A stretch of 64,000 nt of DNA from positions 31,124,001 through 31,188,000 of the forward strand of contig OX597832.1 of NCBI GenBank assembly GCA_951406725.2. Reading direction: 5' to 3'. Of this stretch, positions 1-12,960 are shown piece after piece (the stretch's first letter is position 1; every line of letters starts with the position of its first letter). The notes below the pieces were generated by a model. The model had not been told where the DNA came from and did not search any database. It saw nothing but the letters and a program-made list of their open reading frames with translations. This DNA is from Octopus vulgaris (lineage: Eukaryota). The translations under genes were made by a program, and so were the position numbers.

Positions 1-661
1 CCTGTTCTAAGTTACAAATCGAAATCAAAATCAAATTCGATGACTGGCATCCATGCTAGCGGGGTTCAGAGAGTACCATATGAGTGTGATTGTTGACAGA
101 GCGGCTAACTGGCTTCCGAGCCAGTGGCACATAAAAGGCACCATTCGAGTGTGATTGTTACCAGTGTCGCCTTACTGGCACTTGTGCCCGTGCTAGTAGG
201 GTGCCAAGAGCACCATCCGAGCGTGATCGTTTTATACAAATAAAAATAAAAATGTAACATGGATTGTCTGAATTTTTTGTTAGCTGTACGTTATTTATAT
301 TTTATGAAAAAACAAACAACAACCTCCAATGAAGATGATAAAAGAGAGTTACGTCTGCTGTTTATGTCTCTTCAGTGTTTTTTTTTATTTATTGTCTCGC
401 TGACACTGCTACAGAACAGAACTTTGGATGAATAAAGTAATTCTATCATTAACTGAGCATTTCCAAAGAAAGTTTCCGTGCTGCTATCCAATACACTTTC
501 AGGAATAAGACATCCGATGATGGTTAATTGTTAAGACTGATCAAAGCATTATGTAGATGTGAAGATGTTAAATCTACCCTTTTCAAAATAAAATGTGGTT
601 AATTATGCTTAAATGATAATATTGATAAATGTTGACCATAATGTTTCCGTTTGTTCTTCAG

Positions 662-753
662 AGATTTTGGCTGAATTTCTCCCAGACAATCCAAGATGTT
701 TAGAATTATTTGCAAGGAACCTCTGGCCTGGATGGACAAGCTGGGGAAACGAG
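662..753 (+). CDS. METTL4: METTL4 (MT-A70 family N6-adenine methyltransferase), penultimate coding exon
   Basis: Encodes (E)ILAEFLPDNPRCLELFARNLWPGWTSWGNE, matching the METTL4 C-terminal signature LELFARNLxPGWTSWGNE. Acceptor ttgttcttcag ends at 661 and donor GTTTGT starts at 754. Confidence 0.9.
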
Positions 754-1598
754 GTTTGTCTCCCCCTCTTCCTCCTCCTCCTCCTCCTCCTCCTCCTCCT
801 CCTCCATGTTGTTGTTATTGTTGTTGTTGTTTAATCCCAGCTCAAATTTCTGTTATTTCTGCCTTTTGCGATGCTGAGATTTGGTTTTTAAGTAAAGTAT
901 TTTGATCCCAAATTCTACATGAAATCCTACATGAACTGGTGAGCTGCATAATTTTCTGTCCATGTGGGACATAAACATCATCACCGCTTGCTGTCATTGT
1001 AAGAAACACATGGAGACAGACACATGCATGCACACGCACACATGTACACACACACACACACATGCACACACACACATGCACACACACATACATACCAACA
1101 GAGACTCTCTCTTCTTTTACCCCTCCCACTCTTGCCCTCTATCTCTTCACTTCTCTCTCATTCTCCCTCCTCTCTCCCTCTCTTGCCTTCTCTCCCTCAT
1201 CCTCTTTCTCTCTCTCTCTCTCCCTGTCCACCTCACTGATGTCCAGGCACCAACCCATAGCCTTCCTCCCATTAAATAAAGCAGTCTTGGATCAGAGAAC
1301 CATGAATAATACATAGGTTAATATAATGGAACAAAAATGTGGCCCATAAACGGGTGTGTATATGTGTGGTTGTGTATGTGTGTATATAAATATGAGTATA
1401 CATATGCCTGTAGATATATGTATGTATGTGTGTGTGTGTGTGTGCCATTGTAAATGCACAGTTATATGTGTATGTTATATTTATAGTTATGTGCATATAT
1501 AAGTGTGTGCATATATAATACACACACACACACATATATATATATAATGCATACATATATATAATATATACTTATATATTTACAGATATATGCATATG

Positions 1599-1651
<53 letters not shown>

Positions 1652-1683
1652 ATATACATATATATACATATATATACATATAT

Positions 1684-1731
<48 letters not shown>

Positions 1732-1737
<6 letters not shown>

Positions 1738-2180
1738 ATAATAAATATTAGGGAATAAATCCAAATTTACAAGGAAAAATCAGATTTAAGATTGAATACA
1801 ATTTTATAATAAAATATTATATTATAATAAATTAGAGACAAAACCACTATTATGCAAATCAAACAAAGAAAGACTTAAGCTGATACATAAAATATAAAAT
1901 AATTTATATAAATTAAAATTTAACAAATGAATAACCACTACGATCGTTTCGTGTCAGCACATCTTAGACATTCTTCAGGTGGTTTCTAAACCTTCATAGT
2001 TTATAACTCGCTAAGAAGGTTTAGAAACCACCTGAAGAATGTCTAAGATGTGCTGACACGAAACGATCGTAGTGGTTATTCAATTGTTAAATTTTAATTT
2101 ATATAAATTATTTTATATTTTATGTATCGGCTTAAGTCTTTCTTTGTTTGATTTGCATAATAGTGGTTTTGTCTCTAATT

Positions 2181-2187
<7 letters not shown>
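1732..2187. mobile_element. Fold-back PLE-type terminal fragment within (TA)n, one hammerhead per arm
   Basis: Near-perfect ~173-bp inverted arms (1823-1995 and 2015-2187) with a 19-nt spacer, flanked by TA tracts. Confidence 0.8.
2026..2077 (+). ncRNA. Minimal type I hammerhead ribozyme (mirror copy 1933-1984 on -)
   Basis: AACCAC-CUGAAGA-a-UGUC..GACA-c-GAAA-C GAUC G-UA-GUGGUU: canonical core, 6-bp stem I, palindromic stem III. Confidence 0.85.
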
Positions 2188-2214
<27 letters not shown>

Positions 2215-2218
<4 letters not shown>

Positions 2219-2447
2219 ATCAATGCCAGTGCTGCCTTGACTGGCTTCTGTGCCGGTGGCACATAAAAAGCACCCACTACACTCTTGGAGTGGTTGGCAT
2301 TAGGAAAGGCATCCAGCTGTTGAAACACACCCAAATCAGATTGGGGCCTGGTGCAGCCTCCAGGCTTCTCAGACCCTAGTCGAACCTTCCAACCCATGCC
2401 AGCATGGAAAGTGGACGTTAAATGATGAAGATGATGATGATGATGAT
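2215..2447 (+). mobile_element. SINE-like family D with RTE-like ends and (GAT)n tail. Other copies ~1-230, 3516-4075(-), 4087-4257(-), 4330-4695, 11660-11935, 19380-19820(-), 28110-28320, 30165-30385
   Basis: Recurrent GTTGGCRTTAGGAAGGGCATCCAGCTGTAGAAAC...GCATGGAAAnnGGACGTTAAAnGATGATG, with internal ~55-60 bp subrepeats containing GGTGGCACGTAAAAAGCACC. Confidence 0.75.
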
Positions 2448-2679
2448 ATATATTTATACATATATATGTATGTACACATATACATACACGTACACACACA
2501 TGTATAGAGTTTGTAGGTGATGACAGATAAGCATATTATCCCCCTCTCCTCCCATGACCAACCGCATGTAATGTATTAAGATATATACAAGTGTGTCTCA
2601 GTGGTAAGGCAGAATGTAAACATGTTTTGCGGTTGAAACCTAAAGGACTTACAAGTCAGCATTACACACCCACACAGCC

Positions 2680-3122
2680 ACACACACACATACACACATA
2701 CACACACACATACACAAGGCTACACACAGGCCCACACTCATACAAGTGGCCACACACACGGCTACACATACATGCTTACACTCACACTCACATGGCTACA
2801 CACACATGCACGTCCTCCACACACACACATGTCTACACACACATGTCTACACACACACATGCCCACACACACTCGTGGCCTCACACACACGAGCACACAC
2901 ACACACACGGCCACACACACACACGGCTACACACACACGGCCACACACACACACACGGCTACACACACACACGGCTACACACACACACGACTACACACAC
3001 ACACACACCCACACAGCCACACACACACATACACAACCCTACTCACAGGCCCACACACATACAAGCGGCCACACACACACACATACACGCCCACACACAC
3101 ACATGTGGCCTCACACACACAC
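2680..3122. repeat. CA-based cryptic minisatellite punctuated by GGCTA/GGCCA
   Basis: Repeated CACACACACGGCTA and CACACACGGCCA units. Confidence 0.85.
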
Positions 3123-3204
3123 AACATTATGTTCCATAAGTAATGCATGCTTTAAGCATGTTTTCCATTTAAAAACCATACAAATATTTGGGACAGATAG
3201 TATC

Positions 3205-3238
<34 letters not shown>

Positions 3239-3457
3239 TTTGTGTTCCTATGTGTGTGTGTGTGTGTGTAAAACATGACACTTGCAGCTTGTAGAACATT
3301 ATTTACTTTGCTTAGATCTATGATGTTACGAATGACCCTCAAGAGACTGTGATGGCAATACTGGTGGTAGTGGGCAGGGATGGCAGCAGTTGTAGAGATG
3401 GGGACACTCTGCTGAGAGAGAAAGAAATGGTATAAAGTGATAGAAATAGATAGAGAC

Positions 3458-3505
<48 letters not shown>

Positions 3506-4254
3506 GTCTGTATATCATCATCGTCATCGTCGTTTAACGTCCGTTCTCCATGCTAGCATGGGTTGGACGGTTCGACCGGGGTTCTGGGAAGCCAGAAGGC
3601 TGCACCAGGCTCCAGTCTAAATTTGGCAATGTTTCTACAGCTGGATGCCCTTCCTAACGCCAACCACTCCGTGAGTGTAGTGGGTGCTTTTTACGTGCCA
3701 CCTGCACAGGTGCCAGGCGGGGCTGGCAACGGCCACGGTCAGATTGGTGTATTTTATGTGCCACCGGCACGGAAGCCAGTCGAGGCGGTGCTGGCATCGG
3801 CCACGAGTCGGATAGTGCTTTTTACGTACCACCAGACCAGGGATCCTGGCTGGTTCAATTCGATTTCGATTTCGCTTGCCCCAACATGTCTTCACAAGCA
3901 AAGGGGGTTGGCAAGGGTGCCTGTCGTACGGTCGCATTGGAGTATTTTACGTGCCACGGCCACGAGTCGGATAGTGCTTTTTACGTACCATCAGACCAGG
4001 GATCCTGGCTGGTTCAATTCGATTTCGATTTCGCTTGCCCCAACATGTCTTCACAAGCAAAGGGGGTTGGCATATACCTATATATATCATCATCATCATC
4101 ATCATTTAGCGTCCGCTTTCCATGCTAGCATGGGTTGGACGGTTCAACTGGGGTCTGGGAAGCCAGAAGTCTGCACCAGGCCAGTCTGATCTGGCAGTGT
4201 TTCTACGGCTGGATGCCCTTCCTAACGCCAACCACTCCATGAGTGTAGTGGGTG

Positions 4255-4313
<59 letters not shown>

Positions 4314-4819
4314 ATATATATATATTCAAAATCAAAAATCAAAATCAAATTCGATGACTGGTGTCCATACTAGCAGGTTGCAAAGAGCACCATAAGAGGC
4401 ACTATTCGAGCGTGATTGTTACCAGCGTCACCTTACTGGCACCTGTGCTGGTGGCATGTGTAAGAGATTCGAGCGAGGTCGTTGCCAGTGCTGCCTGACT
4501 GGCGCCGTGCCAGTGGCACGTAAAAGCACCCACTACACTCTCAAAGTGGTTGGCATTAGGAAGGGCATCCAGCTGTAGAAACTCTACCAGATCAAGAGCC
4601 TGGTGCAGCCATCTGGTTTGCCAGTCCTAAGTCAAATCGTCCAACCCATGCTAGCATGGAAAGCAGACGTTAAACAATGATGATGATAATGATGATATAT
4701 ATATATATACACACACACATACATACATATACATGTTTATTTTTATGATATAATAAAAACAAATTTTATATTAAATGGAAGGATTACTCAATACATGTGG
4801 TAGAGAACAGCTATTTTTA

Positions 4820-5080
4820 TTCTTTAACAAGAATAGTGTCAACAGTGACTTTGAAGTTCTGGCCAACTCTGCCATCGTCAGACTGTGATACATTTGGGTT
4901 CTTTGTGCCTTTATGTAATTTCTGTTAAGTTAGAATTTTCAAGGGTAAGTTTTGGTCAACCAAGGATAAGGTGAGGGTAAGGTGAGTTCCTTTGAAAGAT
5001 GTCATTCAACAGAACTTTGCTTACCCTTAGCTAGCCCAAACTTCGAAGTCACTGTCAATGCTATTCTTGTTAAACAATAG
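4820..5080. mobile_element. Fold-back fragment with a degenerate hammerhead (4842-4886, - strand)
   Basis: Inverted arms ~4820-4862 and ~5035-5080. Minus strand reads ACAGU-CUGACGA-UGGC..GCCA-GAAC-UUCAAA-GUC-ACUGU; the other arm retains the palindrome ACTTCGAAGT. Confidence 0.55.
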
Positions 5081-5237
5081 CATATATATATATATATTAC
5101 GGAGATGTACTTGCATAGCAAGTGACCTGATCTGAGATCGTGTGCTGCAACGAAAACGATTGCAGCGTGGAAGGTGTTTATAAGCCATTTAAGAAACACA
5201 CAAAAACCGTTAGATTCACTTCAACATTTAAATTTAA

Positions 5238-5288
5238 TTTGTCAAAATATTTTCATCACTTTCAGACCGTGACCTGATCACTGACAAA
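5238..5288 (-). ncRNA. Hammerhead-like motif with G3:C8 core, inside a fold-back element (~5098-5365)
   Basis: UUUGUCA-GUGAUCA-g-GUCAC..GUGAU-GAAA-AUAU-UU-UGACAAA. The inverted partial copy at ~5328-5364 also has C8. Confidence 0.6.
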
Positions 5289-5857
5289 ATTCTGTGATGC
5301 ATCAATGCAGCACAGAATCTTGTGTCGTTGAACAGGTCACGGTCTGAAAGTGATGAAAATATCTTTATATAGGCATAGCTGGATGCCCTTCCTAATGCCA
5401 ACCACTCCGAGAATGTGGATATCCCTCTCTCTCTTTCGGAGAGGCACTGAGCAGCTATACGCACACATACATACACGGCAGTAACTTCCACCTACCGAAT
5501 TCAATTACAAAGCTTCGGTCGACTCGGGGCTATAGCGGAAGACACCTACCCAAAGTGCCACGCAGTGGGACTGAACCCGAAACCATGTAGTTGGGAAGCA
5601 AGCTCCCTAACCACACAGCCATGCCCGCGCCTACAGGATATATATATATATACACACACACGTGTGTGTGAAAATGCACGCACACACACACACACACATA
5701 TGCACACACTCACACACATATATATATATACATGGTTAAGATTTAAGTAACCTTGAGACACCATAAGCTGGGAGAATATGAATGAAATCTGCTGCATGAG
5801 TTGAACCATGAATCTCTTAAACCATTCAACTGCAATAACCATTACATGAAAATGACC

Positions 5858-5912
<55 letters not shown>

Positions 5913-7672
5913 AAGAGAGAGGGAGAAGAACAAAAACAATGGCAAAATCAAAGCAGCATGTGGAGTCCATGGTCAAAATTCTTTGGTGGATACTTGAGGA
6001 ATTGGGAAGAGTTAATTGTGTCTTTTTAGATATTGTCCTTCTTTAACATATAGAAGTAGAGGGATCTATGGCCTGGAGGGATTAGCTTGAACCTTTAAGT
6101 ACTTGTAACCTCTGATGACCTTAGAGCCCTTCCTGAGATCCATCACATTATGAGATAAAGCAATGTGACTGACAGTGCAGAGAAAAAGACCTAGCTGTTA
6201 CATTTGTGGAAGCAGAAACCACCTGAAGGCTTTCTGCCTTGAGAAGTTTAAAAAACAAAACTAAAGGGATTACAATGACAATAGCAGTGTCCAGGGACAG
6301 TGCTGCTTGAAGCACTGGGATTGCCAAAGGAGATTATCACTTTTTTTTAATCCCAGAAACTGACTGGAAAGCTTAGGGTTCGAATTCCATGACCATGGAT
6401 GAGAGGGAGAAACAGCAGAAACAACAGTAACACTGAATTTCAGTCTTGTTGAAGGTTGGAAAATCCATGTCGTCCTCAATACCCAAAGTTGATAAATAGG
6501 TGCTTCCCACTTCCACACTTAATGGTGCTGCCCTGTCATATTGTGAGAATGGGGATAGAATCAAAGCCAGAGATGAATAGAGAACTTGTGGTAAGAAAAG
6601 GATTAGAGAACCTGATAGAAAAGAAGGATGGGGGCTGATGCAAAAACTTGTAAAATGCAGCAAAAACACAAAATAACACCAACAGTAAGAAGGTGTTTTA
6701 TTGTTGTTCGAAAGATAACCCAGCGCAAAATAATAGAGATGTGGAGCAACAGATATTGTTTGAATGTCATAATTACTGAATACCAAATAGGATCAGGACT
6801 ACAGGAAGTGCACATGTGACAGATAGTTGATAAGAATATGGTGAGTGGCAGTAGGAGAATTAAAATGAAAGTGAGTTTAAGGATGAAGTATCTTAGACAC
6901 ACACACACACGCGTACTGTATCAAATTGTGTCTTTGTAATCTGAGTTAATACTGGGTGTGTCAGAGTTCTGATAGCTCCATTTCTTCTAGATGAAGATTT
7001 TTGTGATCTAATTCAAGGTCATCTCTGTAAAAATATAGAGATATGGCTGTAATTAACTAACTGAAGGACTCAATATAAGTGTAGAGTTTTCTTTTTTATT
7101 ATAATCTTATTGACGCTGTTTATGGTGTAAGCTTAAAACTTCATATAGTTTCTCATTGCCCTGTCTAATTTCAATGTGAGGGTTAAGCAACTACTATACT
7201 TAGTAATATTACATGTTATAAACTACGGAACAGATGTAGGAAAAATATGATAAAAACAAGTTTATATCATTTTTTTTCTATATGAATTTACTTTTGTGGT
7301 TGTTTGGAATCCTGTATTGGATGTTTTTTACCTGAAGAGGTCATCAGGGGAATGCTTTCTTGCATTATGTTGCAGAGAATTAATGTCTGGAGTTTGGGAG
7401 ATGGTGAGACATTTTACCAGTACTTTGAGAGGGAAATGGTAAAGGAGGCATTTGGCTGAGGAAGATGATGAGGGATGAAGAAACTGGAAGAAGAAGAAGG
7501 GCGAGAGGAAAATACAAAATAGAGAGGAAAAAAAAGAAAAACAAGACTCAATTGTAGTGCGGGTGTGGGTGTGTGGTAAGTAGCTTGCTTACCAACCACA
7601 TGGTTCTGGGTTCAGTCCCACTGCGAGACACTTTGGGCAAGTGTCTTCTGCTAAAGACCTGGGCTGATTATT

Positions 7673-7890
7673 AAGGTAGCGAGCTGACAGAATCGTTAGC
7701 ACACTGGGCGAAATGCTTAGCGCTATTTCGTCTGCAACTACTTTCAGAGTTCAAATTCCACCGAGGTCGACTTTGCCTTTCATCCTTTCGGGGTTGATAA
7801 ATTAAGTACCAGTTGCATACTGGGGATCGATCTAATCAACTGGCCCCCTCCCCCAAAATTTCAGGCCTTGTGCCTTGAGTAGAAAAGATT
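7673..7890 (+). mobile_element. tRNA-derived SINE family A. Other copies ~9817-10030, 20515-20730(-), 26400-26560(-), 26980-27145, 31438-31590(-), 50672-51085, 55275-55690, 56960-57175, 63362-63480
   Basis: A-box-like GAGCTGGCAGAA, B-box-like GAGTTCAAATTCC, conserved body GCCTTTCATCCTTTCGGGGTCGATAAATTAAGTACCAG, and (ATT)n tails in many copies. Confidence 0.85.
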
Positions 7891-8106
7891 ATTATTATTA
7901 ATATTATTATTATTAAGTGAGCCTGATGGAATGCTTCACCGCATTTCATCCATCTTTATGTTCTAAGGTCAAATTTTGCTGAGGTCAACTTTGCCTTTCA
8001 TCCTTTTGGGGTCAATAAAATAAATACCAGTTGAACAATAGAGTTAATCTAATCCACTGAACCCTCCTACAAAATTTCAGGACCCTGTGCCTAAAGCAGA
8101 AAGAAC

Positions 8107-8149
<43 letters not shown>

Positions 8150-8289
8150 GCTGTTATCATCACTATAATTATTATTAATTATTATTATTTTTATTATTAT
8201 TTATTATTATTATTTTATTTATTATTATTATTATTTATTATTATTTTATTTATTATTATTTTTATTTTTATTATTTATTATTATTAGTA

Positions 8290-8331
<42 letters not shown>

Positions 8332-8459
8332 TATTATTTTTATTGTTGTTGCTGTTGTTATTTTTATGATTTTAATTCTTATTTGTCCCATTAAAACACT
8401 GGGAAAATGCTGGTAGAATACACATCAGATTCTGCTGATAATGATTATCATATTCATTG

Positions 8460-8508
<49 letters not shown>

Positions 8509-9153
8509 CAGTAGTAGCAGTAGTAGTAGCAGCAGCAGCAGCTCTTTTATTCAGCCTATCCCATCTTGCTCTTTACACAACTGACTTTTCAACACTCAGA
8601 GACACTCAGGGACAGAACAGGGAGAGGCTTGCTGCTGCTGCTGTGTGTGTGTGTGTGGGTGAATGAGTGTGTGTCTGCGTGTGGTGTGTGTATGTGTATG
8701 TGTGCATATATGCATATACATATGTATGCACATGTGTTTGTGTGTGTGTGTTTACTGTGTTTATGTATGTGTATATATGTATATATTGGCAAGGTCAAGT
8801 ACATCACACTCACACACATATACATACATACACGCACACACACACTCTATGTGAATGCGTGTGTGTGTGTGTGTGAAGGTGGGTGTGTATGTAATGTTTG
8901 TGGTGTATATGTGTGTGTGTGTGTGTGTGTACATGGTTGGCCTTTGTGTACACACAGCCATTATGTCTGTTCACTTTGCTGAGGAATTTATCTGAAGCGA
9001 ACCCTATGTTATCACTGGTATTTCAGCAACAACATCTGTCTCTATCCAACTTCCTGTTTAAAATATCTTCCGCTTTTCTAGAAATAACATTTTTCTGTTG
9101 CTTATACACACACACACACACACACAAGTATATACATTCAAGCACACACAGAC

Positions 9154-9341
<188 letters not shown>

Positions 9342-9644
9342 AGAAACATAGATTTACAAACATTTATATATACATATACACACACTCATATATGCACACA
9401 TATGTACAACTAGATGTATGCACACACACACACACACACACACTGATGCATTTAGACAGAATTCCACGCAAACATAACCTTGAAAATATACACGCATGCC
9501 AACACAGGCGTAACTTCACCCAGTATGTACTTATTTGTGTGTTAATAAATGTACACACACACACACACATTGTTAATATATAATATCTGTTTATATAAAA
9601 CACACACTTGCGTATAGGCATCTGTCTGTCTGTCTTTCTATCTG

Positions 9645-9764
<120 letters not shown>

Positions 9765-10529
9765 CATATATATACATATATACATATATATACATATATA
9801 TATATAATTATATAAAGGGTGGTGAGCTGGCAGAAACGTTAGCATGCTGGGCGAAATGCGTAGCCATATTTCGTCTGGCGTTATGTTCCGAGTTCAAATT
9901 CCGCTGAGGTTGACTTTGCCTTTCATCCTTTCGGGGTCGATAAAATTAGTACCAGTTACGCACTGGTGTCGATATAATCGACTTAATCCCTTTCCCCAAA
10001 TTTGAGGCCTTGTGCTCCCAGTAGAAAGGATTATTGTTGTTATTATTGTTATTGGAGTGAGCTCACAGAACCATTAGGACACTGGACGAAATGCTCAACA
10101 GTATTTTCACTGTTGCTAGATTCTGGGTTCAAATTCTGCTGAGGTCGACTTTCAGGGGTCAATAAATTAAGTGCCAGTTATGCATTGGGGCCAATGTAAT
10201 CAACTTAACTCCTCACCCACAATTTCAGGCTTTGTGTCTGTAACAGAAAAGATTATTACTCTTATTGTTGTTATTATTATTATTATTATCATTGATGTAG
10301 TTGTTGTTGTTGTTGTTGTTGTGTATATGTGTGTGTATATATCATCATTTGTGCATTTGCTTTCCCTGCTGGTAGGAGTTGGATGGATTATCATGCTCAT
10401 CTCCTGTTAGGAGCTGTTGCCATAGACAGATGCTTGTATGGATGTAGGTGTGGGTGTAAACGCGCACACACACACACACACACACACATTTGGCTTTGCT
10501 TTCTACAGATGAATACCATTCCTATTACC

Positions 10530-10862
10530 AACCATTTCACAGGGTGTACTTAGGTGTGTTCCATGCGAAACCAACATTTGAGAGGTTGAAAAAAGGGACC
10601 TCAAGCCCCTACACATTTTTGGCTCAATTTGCCAACCACATTAAAGGTTTCCTTGAAAATGCTTGGCATAGTTCCTAACTTTTTCCCCAACTAAGAATAC
10701 CCAATGCTTAGCTCCTCTTCTCGCTGTTTGAGAGTGCCCTCTACTTCCAGCTTCTTTTCCAAACTTTCTTCATCGTTCCACCACCAGGTGACTTTGGGTC
10801 TGGTCGGGACCTTCAGCCAGCCCACACTTGCTTATATCCATAAACACACTCCCAGTTGTCAG
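10530..10862 (-). pseudogene. Degenerate RTE-clade LINE fragment (endonuclease-RT linker region)
   Basis: Minus strand reads GWLKVPTRPKVTWWND, resembling the RTE T/PWW motif. The frame is disrupted. Confidence 0.45.
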
Positions 10863-11368
10863 CATTGCTAAAAGTATCTAACTCCTCTTCTCCCATACAG
10901 TCATATATATCATCATCATCATCGCTACCATCATCATCATCATCATCATCATCATTGTCGTCGTCATCATCATCATCGTCATTGTTGTCGTCGTCACCAT
11001 CATCGTCGTCACCATCATCATAATCATCATCATCGTCGTCGTCATCATCATCATCACCATCGTCGTTGTCGTCATAGTTCTAACATCCACATTTCCATGC
11101 TTGAATCAGATAGAGTTTATTATTGAAGCAGGTCTTCTCTATGACTGGGTGCTCTTTCTGTTGCCAACCCTCACCTGTCTCCAAGCAAGTTAATATCTCC
11201 CCCATGGCCAGACATGTTTTCACAGAAGATTGCAAAAACAAACATGAAGACACAACAAAGTAATTGTAAAATACACACTCATGTTTACATGCTTGCACAT
11301 ACACACACGTACACACTCATATATACACACAAGCATGCATACATGCACGCATGTGCACATACACACAT

Positions 11369-11400
<32 letters not shown>

Positions 11401-11935
11401 CAAGCTTCCAAGTTCACTAAAAAGGCATTGGTCAACCGAGAGCTGTAGTAGAAAACACTTGCCCAAGGTGCTGCCCGGCAGGACTGAACCTGGAGCCATT
11501 TGGTTGTGAAGTGAGCTTCTTAATTGCACAGCCATTCCTGCATATATATATATATATATATGTATCTATCTATCTATACACACGCACACACACACACACA
11601 CACATGCACATGCACACACATACATATATATATATATATATACACACACATGCATGGTCAATGACAGTACTGCCTAAGTGGCACCCATGCCGGTGGCACG
11701 TAAAAAGCACCATTCGAGTGTGGTCGATGCCAGTGCCGCCTGACTGGCCCTCGTGCTGGTGGCACGTAAAAAGCACCCACTACACTCTTGGAGTGGTTGG
11801 CATTAGGAAGGGAATCCAGCTGTAGAAACTCTGTCAGATCAGACTGGAGCATGGTGTAGCCTTCTGGCTTCCCAGACCTCAGTCAAACCATCCACCATGG
11901 AAAATGGATGTTAAATGACGATGATGATGATGATG

Positions 11936-11971
<36 letters not shown>

Positions 11972-12459
11972 AACATGCACATTATACATATTTTGATGAA
12001 TATATATCTATATGAATATATATATGTATATATATATATTTATAAATATATATGCATGTATGTATGTATAGAGACGCACACACCGATCTCCCCCCCCCCC
12101 TCCACAACACACAGTCACGCACAAATGTAACTCATAAACTTGAAGTATGAGAATAAAGAGTTCTGCTCTGCTGAAGAGAGAGGGAGAGTGTGGGAAGGGG
12201 AGATGGAAGGAGGGAGGGAGAGAAAAAGAGGAAGGGAGAGAGAGAGAGAGGAAGGAAGGGCAGAGAGTATGTGTATGGGTGTGTCTTTGCAATCATTTGT
12301 GTTTTTTGTTTGTGTCTTTCCAAGTTTCTGTGCCAGTTTAAAATGTGTGGGGGTGTGAGTTTGTGTGTGTGTAGGGGCCCTCTGTATAGTTGTGTGTGTG
12401 CGTGTGTGTTTATGTTCTGATCCGCGGCATTTTTTTGTCTGTGCTCCAGATCTACACAC

Positions 12460-12619
12460 TCAACATTTTACACACTGTCTCTCCATACATTCAACACAGC
12501 ATATACACACTCAACATCTATACACAATATCTACACACTGTCTGTCTAAACCAGTCACCATCTCCATACTGTGTCTATCTATCTCATGGTCTATCTACCA
12601 CAACCATCTCCACATTCTG

Positions 12620-12650
<31 letters not shown>

Positions 12651-12960
12651 CTTGGTCTATCTACTGCTCACCATCTCCACACAGTCTATCTATCTATCTC
12701 TTGGTCTATCTACCACAACCATCTCCTCACGGTGTCTGTCTGTCTAACTATCAAACTATCAATCACTACCTCCACACTGTCTGTCTATCTATCAGTCTAA
12801 CTACCATTACCATCTCAACCCTGTCTGTCTATTGGTCTAACAACCAGTCACCATCTTCACACTGTGTCTATCTGTCTGTCTCTCTGTCTGCCTACCATCA
12901 CTAACTCCATACTGTCTATCCAACAATCAGTCTAAATATCACTCACCATCCGCATATTGT
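12460..12960. repeat. Degenerate minisatellite (CCATCTCCACACTGTCTRTCTATC units)
   Basis: About 10 imperfect copies at ~40-65 bp spacing. Confidence 0.7.

Noticed and set aside
3563-4189. 208-aa ORF and its homologues (19427-19822 etc.)
   Set aside because: Antisense reading of SINE family D with an internal duplication; no domain.
5990-6900. Nested gene in the METTL4 intron
   Set aside because: Only short ORFs; an EKDLAV remnant suggests decayed CR1/L2 sequence, too weak to call.
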